DNA from: an uncultured Clostridia bacterium
GTDB taxonomy: Bacteria > Bacillota > Clostridia > Oscillospirales > Oscillospiraceae
Direction of reading: 5' to 3'
NCBI GenBank assembly: GCA_946531435.1
Contig: CAMNAO010000004.1
Location: forward strand, 6,786 to 70,785
DNA length: 64,000 nt
Part shown: in pieces, positions 44,208 to 54,244 of the stretch
How the letters are laid out: every line of letters starts with the position of its first letter
How positions within the stretch are numbered: the first letter of the stretch is position 1
Notes under the pieces: generated by a model
Told to the model about the DNA's origin: nothing
What the model saw: only the letters and a program-made list of their open reading frames with translations
Databases searched by the model: none
Made by a program: the position numbers and the translations under genes

Positions 44208-45077
44208 TCAAAGGCCGAAATGCTCCAGCATCCTGCGGATGCACGCTTCCTCGCAGTCGTGGCCTCTGCCGGGGATCACATCGTATGTGATATCCGCGGG
44301 CCCGAGCTTCTCCGCATACCTGCGAAACCGCTGTACGCCCGGATAGCACCCGTCCCGATCCCCGCAGGAGAAGAAGAGCTTCGGCAGCATTCCCGAGGCC
44401 AGCACCTCCGGATACCGGTTCCAGGTGCACTCCTCTCCGTCCACATAGTCCCGTACCGTGGGGTAACGGGCGATCATATTGATCTCCTTCAGCGTGATCC
44501 CCAGGGCGGGATTGCCGAACTCCGTGGGAAGCCGGGTCCGGTCCTCCTCCGCGAACGCCCGGAATTCCGGGCCTGTCATGTCCAGATAGGGCTGGAGGAA
44601 ATCCGACTCCCGCATGGAGCTTCCCAGGGCGCCGATGCCCGCAAAGCGCTCGGGATGCCGGAAGCCCAGAAGCAAAGCGCCCGCGCCGCCCATGGAGTAG
44701 CCGCCGATATAATTATCCTCTCTCCGTTCGCTGCCGCGTAGGGAATGCTGAACAAAGGGCATCAGCTCCTCAAAGAAGAAATCCATGAAGGCAAAGCCGG
44801 TGGCAAACTGCATATGGTTGGCAAAGTCGCTGGTATATGCAGAGGGGATCACCACCATGAGCCGCCGGTTCCGAAACACATCCAGCAGGGTGTCCTCCGT
44901 CATCAAAGTCTCCCAGTCACAGCCGCCCCCGTGGAGAAGCCACAGCACCTTCCGGCGCTCATCGGAGGCATAGTAGGTCTTGAGGTCCTCATTGCGGCCG
45001 GGCTCCGGCAGCAGCACCATAACGGGAACGCTGGTGCCGACCCTGCGGCTCTTCAGTTTCAGTGAAAGCTGCGTCAT
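44208..45077 (-). CDS. esterase-family serine hydrolase (PF00756 'putative esterase' type), paralog 1
   Basis: LHGGG, nucleophile GGYSMGGAGA, and a C-terminal GRGHD catalytic His region. The ATG for MTQLSL follows GAGGAGGGGG. Confidence 0.75.
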   Translation of the reverse strand: MTQLSLKLKSRRVGTSVPVMVLLPEPGRNEDLKTYYASDERRKVLWLLHGGGCDWETLMTEDTLLDVFRNRRLMVVIPSAYTSDFANHMQFATGFAFMDFFFEELMPFVQHSLRGSERREDNYIGGYSMGGAGALLLGFRHPERFAGIGALGSSMRESDFLQPYLDMTGPEFRAFAEEDRTRLPTEFGNPALGITLKEINMIARYPTVRDYVDGEECTWNRYPEVLASGMLPKLFFSCGDRDGCYPGVQRFRRYAEKLGPADITYDVIPGRGHDCEEACIRRMLEHFGL

Positions 45078-45088
45078 ATTCCCCCTCC

Positions 45089-45952
45089 TCACAGTCCGAA
45101 GTGATCGATGAGCTTTTTGAGCTCCAGATCCCACAGGCGGCCGGAGTGGCCGACCCCCTCCACCAAATCAAAGGTGATGTTCTCTGCGCCACAGTCCTCC
45201 GCCAGTGCCTTCATCCGCAGGGTGGGGCCGTAAAAAAGGTCCTCCGTCCCGCAGGCGATGTACATGGGCGGCAGCTTCCCCGACGCCGCCGCCTCCGGGA
45301 AGCGCCGGTACATGCACTCCGGGGAGTTCAGAAAATCGCGGACGGTGGGGTACTTTGCGATCACGTTGATTTCCTTGGGCTTGATCCCTTCCGCCGGATC
45401 TCCGTACTCCGTGGGCAGCTCCTTTCGATGGGCCATGGCATAGGCCCGGAATTCGGCGCCCGTCATCTCCGTGAAGGGCTCCAGAAAGGCGGATTCCCGG
45501 AGAGAACAGCCAAAGGCGCCGATGCCGCCGAAGCGCTCGGGATGCTGGAGCCCCAGGCTGAGGGCACCGAAGCCGCCCATGGAGGCCCCGGCCAGGATCT
45601 GATCCTCCGGGCGGGAGGAGGCGGGAAGCTCACCGAAGACGAAGGGCATCAGCTCCTCAAAGAAATAGGCGGGAAAATCGTATCCGCCGCCAAAATCCGG
45701 ATAGCACCCGTAATCGCTGTTCAGCGCCGAGGGCATCACCGCCATGGTGTCGCGGCCCCGCAGGTATTGGGCCAGGTGACTCCCATATCTCCATTCCGTA
45801 TGGTCGCCGGAGGCCCCATGCAGAAGCCAGAGCACCTTATACTTTTTATCGAACTCCCGCTCCCTTCCCAAGGGCGGATCCGGGAGGAAGACAGAGATAT
45901 CCGTATTCATGAAGAGAATCCGGCTCTTCAGTTTTACCGTTGCAAAGCTCAC
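45089..45952 (-). CDS. esterase-family serine hydrolase (PF00756 type), paralog 2
   Basis: LHGASGD, GASMGGFGA, GVGHS. GTG start follows AAGGAGG. Confidence 0.75.
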   Translation of the reverse strand: MSFATVKLKSRILFMNTDISVFLPDPPLGREREFDKKYKVLWLLHGASGDHTEWRYGSHLAQYLRGRDTMAVMPSALNSDYGCYPDFGGGYDFPAYFFEELMPFVFGELPASSRPEDQILAGASMGGFGALSLGLQHPERFGGIGAFGCSLRESAFLEPFTEMTGAEFRAYAMAHRKELPTEYGDPAEGIKPKEINVIAKYPTVRDFLNSPECMYRRFPEAAASGKLPPMYIACGTEDLFYGPTLRMKALAEDCGAENITFDLVEGVGHSGRLWDLELKKLIDHFGL

Positions 45953-46076
45953 AGGCAGTCCTCCTTTTATAAACGAAATATCATTTCCCTTTTCCCGGCA
46001 GGGAATCGTGTGCTTTCAGGGGCGGAGGGGGAAACCGGGTTTCCTCCCCAGGCCCGGCAGGCATCGCCCGATACAC

Positions 46077-46126
46077 AGGAAAAACGACAAATCCGGAATG
46101 GCCTTTCGAATCTGTCGTTTTTCACA
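46077..46126 (-). terminator. intrinsic terminator after the ferredoxin gene
   Basis: Minus-strand hairpin CGACAGAUUC...GGAUUUGUCG followed by U5, with an A-run on the other side. Confidence 0.55.
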
Positions 46127-46185
46127 GTTTCCCGTCCGACCGCGGGACGAAAACAGATAACACTTCTATGGAGCCCTGAGAGCAA

Positions 46186-46488
46186 TCAGGGCAGCTCGCC
46201 CCGGGTCATCTCTGTCAGGACGCCGGGCTCCGTCACCACCACCCGGTTCATGGGGGCGGTGGTGGTCTGACGCATGGCGGGGATGGCAAAGCCGAACATA
46301 TCGTTGCTCATCCCAAGGCTCCGGCCCTGGCAGTGGACAAAGCACTGGCCGCAGCTCTGGCAGTTCTCGGGGTAGGCGATCACGGATTTGTGGGCGGTGT
46401 GATCGAAATAGAACACGTCCATGGGGCAGACCTTGACGCAGCTTTCACAGCCGATGCACTTGGATAGATCCACACGCACAACACTCAC
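46186..46488 (-). CDS. 4Fe-4S dicluster ferredoxin-domain protein
   Basis: CIGCESCVKVCP and CQSCGQCFVHC. Overlaps the upstream flavoprotein gene by 4 nt. Confidence 0.8.
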   Translation of the reverse strand: MSVVRVDLSKCIGCESCVKVCPMDVFYFDHTAHKSVIAYPENCQSCGQCFVHCQGRSLGMSNDMFGFAIPAMRQTTTAPMNRVVVTEPGVLTEMTRGELP

Positions 46489-48332
46489 GGTTTTTTCCCT
46501 CCTCCCATCCAGCGGGGCGGCTCCACATGGAAGCCCCTGGCCTCCGGCTCCCCGGGGTAATAGCAGAGATAGCGCTTTTCATAGGCCTGCTCCCGGTCTC
46601 CGGTCCACTCCTCCTTCACCGGCACCTCCCGGATCTCCATCCCCTCGCCGGTCTTATTCACCGTGAGGTAGCAGAGGAAATGCTCATCGTCCCGATAGGG
46701 GTAGTCCTCCCGGTAGGTGGCGCCCCGGCTCTCCTTCCGGTAGAGGCTGGCTCGCAGCTTCATCTCCGCCGACAGGATCTTGTGCTTCATCTCATGGCAG
46801 AGGCGCAGATCGTGGCTGGTCCTGGCCATGAGATAGGGGGCCACGTGGTCCCGCATATACTCCACCTGGACGAGGGTGGCCTCCAGCACCTTCTCGGACT
46901 TGGAAATGGTCACCCAGTAGGGGGCCATGAAGCCGTGGAGCACATCCCGGGCCCAATTGGGGTCGAAGCCCCGCTCCACCCGAAGGGGTGCGGTGATCGC
47001 CTCCGTCCGCTCGGCAACGGTTTCCTCCGAAAGGGGCTGAAGCGTCGCTTCCGCGGCGAAGGCGGCGGCCGCCCTCCCGGCGTGGTCGCCGTCGATGGAA
47101 CAGAAGCAGCTGGTGAAGCCCCGGCCGCAGGGATAGCTGGCCCCGCCGGGATAGCTGGCGTGCATGCCGTCCCCCGCCACATAGAGGCCGTCGATGCCGG
47201 TCCTGCCGGAGACATCCTCCAGGTCGCAGAGCACGCCGCCGGTGAGGTGGCTGGACATGCCGATGGCCCCGCCGTGGGTATCCGAGGCCGGCAGCGGGGA
47301 GCCCAGCTTGCCGCTGCGGATCTCGTCCGGGTCCGTCTCATAGCCCAGGGCAGCCCCCCGGCGCAGGGCGTTGGTCTCCGCCTCCCGCGTCACCTCTTTG
47401 CCTGTGCTGGCAGGGAGCCGGTTCTTCGCCGCCCGGGCCCGTCCCAGGACCACAAAATTTACCTTGGATTCGATGAAGGGCTTCAGATTGTCTTGGGAGG
47501 CATCCCCGCCGCCGGGCCAGATATTCTCCAGATACTGCCAGTTCATATAATAGAAGGGGCTGCCCGGAGCCACGCTGGAGGTGCCGTGGGAATCCTCAAA
47601 CTCCTTGCCGGAGATGGGCAGGCCCAGCTCATAGGCGATGTACTCCCCGTCGAAGGTGTCGCCGCCCGCCGGGAAGCCCGAGGGCTTATAGCAGCCGCCG
47701 CCCATGGCCATGACCACCGCCCTGGCCGAAATGGCAATCACCTTTCCCGAGGGCACATGGAAGCCCATGACGCCGCGGACGCGGCCCTCCTCCACGATCA
47801 CATCGGTGACCATGGTGTACTCCAGGAAGGGGATCCCGTTCTTCTCCAGCACCTCCACCCACTTCTCGTGGCGGTCAAGCTGCTGAAAGGCCTCCCGGTA
47901 GCCGGCGTAATCCTGGCGCTCAAAGAAGTCCCCTGCCTCCTGGGGCTTGGGGAAGGGGGTCAGCATGCCCCAGTCCCGCAGCCGATGGTAGATCCGCTTG
48001 GAGTCGGTGATCCACTCCTCATACCACTTCATATTGCTGATGTAGTCGCCCCCGATAAGCACCGCCCTGCGGAAGGCATCGGCGTCATCTTTCTCCGGGT
48101 CGAACCAGCGGAAGCTGGAGGGCCAGGGACTGAGTCCCGAAAAGCCCGGCCTCCCCTTATCCACCACCAGCACCCGCCGGCCGCTCTCTCTCGCGGTGAC
48201 GGCGGCGTTGAGGCCCGCGAAGCCGCAGCCCAGCACCACCACATCCGTCTCATAGCGCGCCTCATAGGGGCAGGGAACCGATGCGGGTCTCGGAAGCTCT
48301 TTTGTCACGGGTTTTCGCTCTTTGTTCTCCAC
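46485..48332 (-). CDS. FAD-binding flavoprotein of the fumarate reductase / succinate dehydrogenase (FAD_binding_2) superfamily
   Basis: DVVVLGCGFAGLNAA dinucleotide fold. The GTG at 48332 is preferred because AAGGAGG sits 5 nt upstream. The ORF-track start at 48395 is also a GTG and is possible. Confidence 0.8.
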   Translation of the reverse strand: MENKERKPVTKELPRPASVPCPYEARYETDVVVLGCGFAGLNAAVTARESGRRVLVVDKGRPGFSGLSPWPSSFRWFDPEKDDADAFRRAVLIGGDYISNMKWYEEWITDSKRIYHRLRDWGMLTPFPKPQEAGDFFERQDYAGYREAFQQLDRHEKWVEVLEKNGIPFLEYTMVTDVIVEEGRVRGVMGFHVPSGKVIAISARAVVMAMGGGCYKPSGFPAGGDTFDGEYIAYELGLPISGKEFEDSHGTSSVAPGSPFYYMNWQYLENIWPGGGDASQDNLKPFIESKVNFVVLGRARAAKNRLPASTGKEVTREAETNALRRGAALGYETDPDEIRSGKLGSPLPASDTHGGAIGMSSHLTGGVLCDLEDVSGRTGIDGLYVAGDGMHASYPGGASYPCGRGFTSCFCSIDGDHAGRAAAAFAAEATLQPLSEETVAERTEAITAPLRVERGFDPNWARDVLHGFMAPYWVTISKSEKVLEATLVQVEYMRDHVAPYLMARTSHDLRLCHEMKHKILSAEMKLRASLYRKESRGATYREDYPYRDDEHFLCYLTVNKTGEGMEIREVPVKEEWTGDREQAYEKRYLCYYPGEPEARGFHVEPPRWMGGGKKP

Positions 48333-48552
48333 TTCTGCCTCCTTCGCGGCCCCGTTCTTTCCCGCCGGGGCCCTTCTTTTTCTCCAGTATATCACAAGTG
48401 TGCTGCATCAGAAAATGTAAAAACTGAAAGGGATCTTTCGGTTTTTGATCGCAAAGATCATTTTGGGAGGGGGACGCTTACCGCTCCCCATCCTTCTGTG
48501 ATGGATCCCCGCAATCTTTCCAGCGCCAGGCTCATTGGCCTCTCCGCCCGCT

Positions 48553-49302
48553 TTATTCCGCCCGGGGGAAGATCGCCTCATGGCGCAGGGGAAGCATATG
48601 GTCCAGGGCGGCGGCAACCATTCTGTCCCAGAAGGGCCAGGAGTGCCCGTCCCCTTCCTCATACAGTCTTGTCAGAGGATATCCCATCTCATCCAGTCTG
48701 TCGATCACGGGCACATAGGCAGGGAAGCCCCGATCTCCGCTGCCCGTGGCAAAGAAGAGGTGGGGCAGCGGCTGCCCCGAGGCCAGATTCTTCTCCGCCA
48801 GGCCGTAGACGTCAAAGTGGAGCTTGAAGTTGGTCTCCTTGGGATCATGACTGTGGGTTGTTCCGGCGGCGCTCATCACCAGAGCGGCCCCGTAGCGGTC
48901 CGGATGCTCCAGGACCGCCTTCAGCGAGCAGTCTCCTCCATGAGAGAGGCCACCGATGAAGTTATCCTCCCTCGATGGACTGAGAGGGAAAAGCGTGCGA
49001 AGGACCTTGGGCAGCTCCTCGGTCACGAAGCTGTAATAGGGCTCCTCAAAAAACCTGCCGGGGCAGGAGGGCATCACCACCGCCGTGCGGGCGTTTTCCG
49101 CGTAACGCAGGATGCTGCTGTAATTCATAAAGTCGTTGTTGTCCCCCATGCCTCCGTGAAGGAGCCAGAGGGTCTGAAACTTCACCCCGGGGACATACAC
49201 CGACGGCGCCCCCTCTTTGAAACCGTCCGTGGGCAGAACGATGCTGACGGTGGTTGCCCCGCGAAGGATCGTGGAGCGGTAGTTGAATGTGATCAATGCC
49301 AT
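48553..49302 (-). CDS. esterase-family serine hydrolase (PF00756 type), paralog 3
   Basis: LHGGMGD, GGLSHGG, DGHSW. The ATG for MALITF follows GAGGGAGGG. Confidence 0.7.
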   Translation of the reverse strand: MALITFNYRSTILRGATTVSIVLPTDGFKEGAPSVYVPGVKFQTLWLLHGGMGDNNDFMNYSSILRYAENARTAVVMPSCPGRFFEEPYYSFVTEELPKVLRTLFPLSPSREDNFIGGLSHGGDCSLKAVLEHPDRYGAALVMSAAGTTHSHDPKETNFKLHFDVYGLAEKNLASGQPLPHLFFATGSGDRGFPAYVPVIDRLDEMGYPLTRLYEEGDGHSWPFWDRMVAAALDHMLPLRHEAIFPRAE

Positions 49303-49522
49303 ATGGTTCCCTCCCTCATGTAATACGGGCCTTTCCATGCCTTTTTTCCATCATAGCATCAAGGTCGAAATAATACAAGTATTCTTTTGAAGAAGATCTC
49401 CTCTTTCCCCCCATCACAGGAATCCCTTGCCTGCAGGCGCAGATGGTGGTATTCTTGGGACGAAGGGCCCCAACACCTGCCCCTTTGCCCCAAGTATCCG
49501 ACGCGGAAGAAAGGAGGGCGGC

Positions 49523-50452
49523 ATGATCATCAACACCGGACAGCGGACCGACATCCCCGCTTTCTACGCCCCATGGTTCGCCGGTCGGCTGAAAGCGGGC
49601 TTCGTATGCGTCCGCAATCCCTATAACCCCAGCCAGGTCAGCCGCTACCGCCTGGATCCGTCGGTGGTGGATGTGATCGGCTTCTGCACCAAGAACCCCG
49701 CGCCCATGTTCCCTTACATGGATCTTCTGAAGGGCTACGGGCAATACTGGTTCGTCACCATTACCCCCTATGGGCGCGACATTGAGCCCAATGTGCCGGA
49801 AAAGCACAAGCTCATAGAGGATTTCAAGCGGCTGTCAGACATGGTGGGCGTCCCCTCCATCGGGTGGAGATACGATCCCATTTTCCTTTCAGAGCGCTAT
49901 TCCCCGGACTACCATCTGGGTGCCTTTGAGAAAATCGCTTCCGCGCTGGAGGGCCGGACAGAGACGGCGGTCATCAGCTTCATCGACCTGTATCCCAAGG
50001 TCCGCCGAAACTTTCCGGAGGCGCGGGAGGTGCCAAGGGAGCAGCGGCTGGAGCTGGGGAAGGCGCTCATCGGGATCGCCGCCCGCCACGGCATGACCGT
50101 CAAGCCCTGCGCCGAGGGGGATGAGCTTGCCCCTTACGGTGCGGACTGCGGCGGCTGCATGCGCTATAGCGACTATGAAAAGGCCATCGGCAAACGGCTG
50201 AACGCCCCGAAAAGGAAAGGGGCGCGGGCGGAATGCGCCTGCTATCTCTCCTGCGACATCGGCGCATACAATACCTGCAGGCATCTCTGCAGATACTGCT
50301 ATGCCAATGCAGGACCCGCAGAGGTCCTGGCGCAAAGCCGCCTGCACGATCCGAAATCGCCTTTTCTCATCGGCAATTACATGGACGGCGACAGGATCCA
50401 TGACGTGCCGCAGGAATCGTGGATCGATGAACAACTTGTAATGGAGGGATGA
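49523..50452 (+). CDS. DUF1848-family protein (Cys-rich, Fe-S/radical-SAM-like)
   Basis: MIINTGQRTDIPAFYAPWF N-terminus and a C-terminal Cys cluster CACYLSCDIGAYNTCRHLCRYCYAN. RBS GAAAGGAGGG. Confidence 0.7.
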   Translation: MIINTGQRTDIPAFYAPWFAGRLKAGFVCVRNPYNPSQVSRYRLDPSVVDVIGFCTKNPAPMFPYMDLLKGYGQYWFVTITPYGRDIEPNVPEKHKLIEDFKRLSDMVGVPSIGWRYDPIFLSERYSPDYHLGAFEKIASALEGRTETAVISFIDLYPKVRRNFPEAREVPREQRLELGKALIGIAARHGMTVKPCAEGDELAPYGADCGGCMRYSDYEKAIGKRLNAPKRKGARAECACYLSCDIGAYNTCRHLCRYCYANAGPAEVLAQSRLHDPKSPFLIGNYMDGDRIHDVPQESWIDEQLVMEG

Positions 50453-50654
50453 ATCTCATCATTTTAAACCATCCGGGCGGAAATCCATGGGCATAAACAG
50501 TGATATCGGGGACATCCTGAAAAAGCTGAAATAGAGCGCTCCCCTTGTCCGTGTCCGATCCCGGGCGATGAAAAAGCGCGGGAGCCCGTCCCCTTCCGGA
50601 TCGCGGGGCAGCAATGATCACCGGAATCACGATCCGGCTCTTTTGCAGGAGAAC

Positions 50655-50698
50655 ATAAAAAACAGAAAAGCTCCCGGTGATCATCCGATCACCGGGAG
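50655..50698 (-). terminator. intrinsic terminator after the EIIC-like permease gene
   Basis: 12-bp perfect stem ctcccggtgatc / gatcaccgggag. On the minus strand it is followed by CUUUUCUGUUUUUU. Confidence 0.6.
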
Positions 50699-50800
50699 TC
50701 GCATTGATAGGGGGATACCGGCAGTTTCAGGAGCATAACCGGCATTTTAAAGGCGCTTTTATGCCGAGAGCCTTCCAAAAAGCGAAGGATGATCCCTCTT

Positions 50801-51874
50801 TTACTGTAACCTCAGATCCCCGTCCTTCACCCAGCCTGCCCTGCGGCAGAGGAGGTGGATAAGGGGGCAGAGCACCGCAGGCAGCACGATGCTGACAAGA
50901 AGGAGGCCCAGCCAGTCCATGGCGGCGGGGGTGATGGCCTGTGCCCCCCTTGAAACAGCGGCCTCGCTGGGGGCGATCCAGCCCGTCCAGACGCCGATAG
51001 GCCCGCAGAGGCCGCAGGTTCCCATACCCGCGTTGATGGGCGCTCCGTTCATCTCCAGCCTGAAAAGGCAGGTGGCAATGGGCCCCGTAATCGCGCTGGT
51101 GAGGATCGGCGCGATCCAGACGCGGGGATTCTTCACGATGTTCGGCATCTGCAGCATGGAGGTTCCGAGGCCCTGGGAGACGAGTCCGCCCCAGCGGTTT
51201 TCACGGAAGCTGATCACGGCGAAGCCCACCATCTGGGCGCAGCAGCCCGCCAGCGCGGCGCCGCCGGCAAGGCCGGTGAGGCCAAGCACAGAGCAGATCG
51301 CCGCGGAGGAGATGGGCAGCGTCAGCGCAATCCCCACCAGCACCGAAACCGCAATGCCCATCCAGAAGGGCTGCAGCTTCGTCGCCTCGTCAATCACAAG
51401 CCCGAAGGCGCTCGCCGCCGTACCGATGGGGGGCGCGATCCACTTTGCCAGCGCCACACCCACAAGGATCGTTACGGCCGGCGTGACCAGAATATCGATC
51501 TTCGTCTCCCTGGAGACCGCTTTGCCGCACTCTGCCGCTACAATGGCGATCACCAGGACAGCCAGCGGTCCCCCCGCGCCGCCCTCGGCATTGGCCGCCC
51601 AGCCCACCGCCGCCAGGGAAAACAACACCATGGGGTCGGCCTTGAGAGCGTAACCGATGGCAACGGCCATCGCGGGGCCGGAAACCGCCATGGCATAGGA
51701 TCCGATATCGGTCAAAACCGCGAGACCCAGCTGCTGTCCCAGGGTACGGATGATCGTACCGATGAGCAGAGAGCAGAAAAGGCCCTGGGCCATGGCGCCG
51801 AGGGCGTCGATCAGATAACGCTTTGCAGAAAACTCAATGTTTTTGCGCTTTAAAAACCGTTTCAGCTTTTCCAT
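50801..51874 (-). CDS. PTS EIIC-like (PTS_EIIC_2 type) membrane permease
   Basis: Polytopic, Gly/Ala-rich. The MEKLKRFLKRKNIEFSAKRYLIDALGAMAQGLF N-terminus resembles stand-alone EIIC-2 permeases (recalled). The upstream 44-aa extension is discarded. Confidence 0.55.
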   Translation of the reverse strand: MEKLKRFLKRKNIEFSAKRYLIDALGAMAQGLFCSLLIGTIIRTLGQQLGLAVLTDIGSYAMAVSGPAMAVAIGYALKADPMVLFSLAAVGWAANAEGGAGGPLAVLVIAIVAAECGKAVSRETKIDILVTPAVTILVGVALAKWIAPPIGTAASAFGLVIDEATKLQPFWMGIAVSVLVGIALTLPISSAAICSVLGLTGLAGGAALAGCCAQMVGFAVISFRENRWGGLVSQGLGTSMLQMPNIVKNPRVWIAPILTSAITGPIATCLFRLEMNGAPINAGMGTCGLCGPIGVWTGWIAPSEAAVSRGAQAITPAAMDWLGLLLVSIVLPAVLCPLIHLLCRRAGWVKDGDLRLQ

Positions 51875-52205
51875 TGCAGCATACGCCTCTCTAAAACAGC
51901 AGGTTTGGGATGAACGTCCATCTCTTTGCATTATACAAAAAACCTCCCCCCTGTCAATCGAAAGTTTTAAGGCGTGCCGTACCTGCGGGACCGCCTCATC
52001 CGTCATCCGGCTTGTATTTGACGCCGAATGACACCTTCCCCTCCAGGGGAAGGCTTTGCCGGCGCAAATCGAACCCCATAAAAAAGTTTATTCCATCGAC
52101 ACTCTTGATTTACGGAGCGAGATCAACTATACTACAAGTTGCGTGGTGCCTCAATGGCTATCACAAAATATGGTTGTCCATCCGGTGAAAGGGAGATGCG
52201 TTGCA

Positions 52206-52397
52206 ATGGATTTCGGGAGCGGAAATACCTTGGAGTATCAGGCCATGAACTACAGCGAAAAGAATCACGATCTATTGATGCGGCAAAAGGTCGTTCTGGA
52301 CCTCTTCCTGGAGAGGAGAGCCATCACCAAAGCCGATTATGACAGAGGGCTCAAGGCCATTGAAGCCATGGAGCGAAATGCCCCCTCCGCCTTTTGA
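52206..52397 (+). CDS. small hypothetical protein (63 aa)
   Basis: ATG lies 10 nt after AAGGGAG. Helical, charged composition. No family recognised. Confidence 0.3.
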   Translation: MDFGSGNTLEYQAMNYSEKNHDLLMRQKVVLDLFLERRAITKADYDRGLKAIEAMERNAPSAF

Positions 52398-52509
52398 GGA
52401 CAGCATCCCCGGCCGCATTGCGGATCGGGGATTTGTCTTTTTTGAAAAAACTGTGATCCCACGGAAAAAGACACTGCGCTCCCTTGGGGGCCGGATTGGA
52501 GGAAAAATC

Positions 52510-53397
52510 ATGGTGAAAACGGAATTCAACAAGACCCGGGTGGTGAAATATCTCTGTTGGACCTTCGGCCTTGCATATCTTATACAGGTGGGGGCGGCCT
52601 TTCTCTATCAAAGCGGGAAGGCGGCCATCGGGCAGCTGGTGATTGCTGCGATGATGTTTGTACCCGCGCTGGGCGTCCTGCTCTCCGGGGCCGGGCTGAA
52701 AAGCATGGGCTGGAAGCCCGGGATCCGGAAAAACATTACATTCTATTTGATCGCCTGGTTTGCCCCGCTCCTTCTCACCATCGTCGGCGCGGCGCTGTAT
52801 TTCCTGCTCTTCCCCGCTCACCTGGATCTCAAGGGGGAAGCCCTCCTCCTGAGCGGTGGCGGGGAGGCCCTCGCCGCCATGGAGGCCCAGGGGATCTCTT
52901 ACCCGATGTATATCCTCATGAGCGCCATCGCAAGCATCACTTATGCACCGTTTATCAACATGGTCCTGGCGCTGGGGGAGGAGCTGGGCTGGCGCGGATT
53001 CCTGTATCCCCAGCTGAAGGCCAGGTTCGGGCGGCAGAAGGGGCTATACCTGGGCGGCGCCATTTGGGGCGCGTGGCACTGGCCGCTCATCTGGCTCATC
53101 GGCTATGAGTATGGCGCGGAATACTTCGGCTTCCCGGTTGTCGGCATGCTGCTCTTCTGTGTGATCACTATAGGGTGGGGCATCCTGCACGATTGGCTCT
53201 ATGAAAAAAGCGGCAGCATCTGGGTGCCCTCCCTCTTCCATGGCGCCATCAACGCGGCGGGGACCCTCCCCCTGGCGATCTGCCTCAGCACCGGCGGTTC
53301 CTCGCGGCTTTTGGGGCCGGCGCCGGTGGGCCTTCTTGCCGGTCTGCCGTTCCTTCTTCTCGCGGCGATCCTGCTCCGGCGGAAGGAAGAGCCATAA
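52510..53397 (+). CDS. CPBP-family (CAAX/Abi) intramembrane glutamic endopeptidase
   Basis: Motifs EELGWRG, WHWPL and HGAINA. RBS GGAGG. Confidence 0.85.
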   Translation: MVKTEFNKTRVVKYLCWTFGLAYLIQVGAAFLYQSGKAAIGQLVIAAMMFVPALGVLLSGAGLKSMGWKPGIRKNITFYLIAWFAPLLLTIVGAALYFLLFPAHLDLKGEALLLSGGGEALAAMEAQGISYPMYILMSAIASITYAPFINMVLALGEELGWRGFLYPQLKARFGRQKGLYLGGAIWGAWHWPLIWLIGYEYGAEYFGFPVVGMLLFCVITIGWGILHDWLYEKSGSIWVPSLFHGAINAAGTLPLAICLSTGGSSRLLGPAPVGLLAGLPFLLLAAILLRRKEEP

Positions 53398-53417
53398 GGG
53401 GCTTTTCAAGTCTCAGA

Positions 53418-53461
53418 GCAGCACCGCGCAATTGCGTCTTCGGCGCATTGCGCGGTGCTGC
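53418..53461 (+). other. 15-bp perfect hairpin between the CPBP and hydrolase genes (no U-tract)
   Basis: gcagcaccgcgcaat (53418-53432) pairs with attgcgcggtgctgc (53447-53461). Confidence 0.4.
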
Positions 53462-53480
53462 CTTAGAAAAGGAGTTCTCC

Positions 53481-54236
53481 ATGGAAAGAGAGTTTCATAT
53501 CAACCAAAACGGATGCAGCATTCCCTGCCTTCTCTATGCCCATGACCATCAGGAGACAAAGCGGGTCATTCTGTATGGCCACGGCTTCGGCGGCCACAAG
53601 GGCAACCGGGCGGCGGCAAGATTCGCGGAGCATGTTCTTTCAAAGCAGAAGGGGGTCGCCGTGCTCTGCTTTGACTGGCCCTGCCACGGCGAGGACGCCC
53701 GGAAAAAGCTGCTGCTGGGCGACTGCGAGACCTATCTTGACTGCGTCATCGACCATGTGGATGCCCGGTTTCCGGAGGCGAAGAAGCAGGTCTACACCAC
53801 CAGCTTCGGCGGCTATCTCCTTCTGAAATATCTGTCTGAGCACGGCAATCCCTTTGAAAAGCTCGCCCTGCGCTGTCCTGCGATCCCGATGTACGACGTG
53901 CTGATGAGGGCGATCATTCTGCCGGAGGAGCAGGCGAAGCTGGATAAGGGGAAGGACGTGTCGGTGGGCTTTGACCGGAAGATCCGGATCAGCCCGGACT
54001 TCCTGGAAAGCCTGCGTGAAAATGATCTGCGCCAAAGAGATTTCACGCCCTATGCCGACGAGCTTATCATTCTGCACGGCACAAAGGACGAGATCGTCCC
54101 CTTTGCTGAGGTGGAGGGCTTTGCCGGGAAAAATCACATTCCCTTCTTCCCCATACAAAACGCCGACCACCGTTTCTCGGATCCGGGGACCATGCGGGAG
54201 GCCATCGGGCTGATCGCAGAATTTTTAGAGGATTGA
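53481..54236 (+). CDS. alpha/beta-hydrolase (BAAT/DLH-like serine hydrolase)
   Basis: YGHGFGGHK, nucleophile TTSFGG, and C-terminal NADHRF. RBS AAAGGAG. Confidence 0.7.
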   Translation: MEREFHINQNGCSIPCLLYAHDHQETKRVILYGHGFGGHKGNRAAARFAEHVLSKQKGVAVLCFDWPCHGEDARKKLLLGDCETYLDCVIDHVDARFPEAKKQVYTTSFGGYLLLKYLSEHGNPFEKLALRCPAIPMYDVLMRAIILPEEQAKLDKGKDVSVGFDRKIRISPDFLESLRENDLRQRDFTPYADELIILHGTKDEIVPFAEVEGFAGKNHIPFFPIQNADHRFSDPGTMREAIGLIAEFLED

Positions 54237-54244
54237 AGGAAGAA

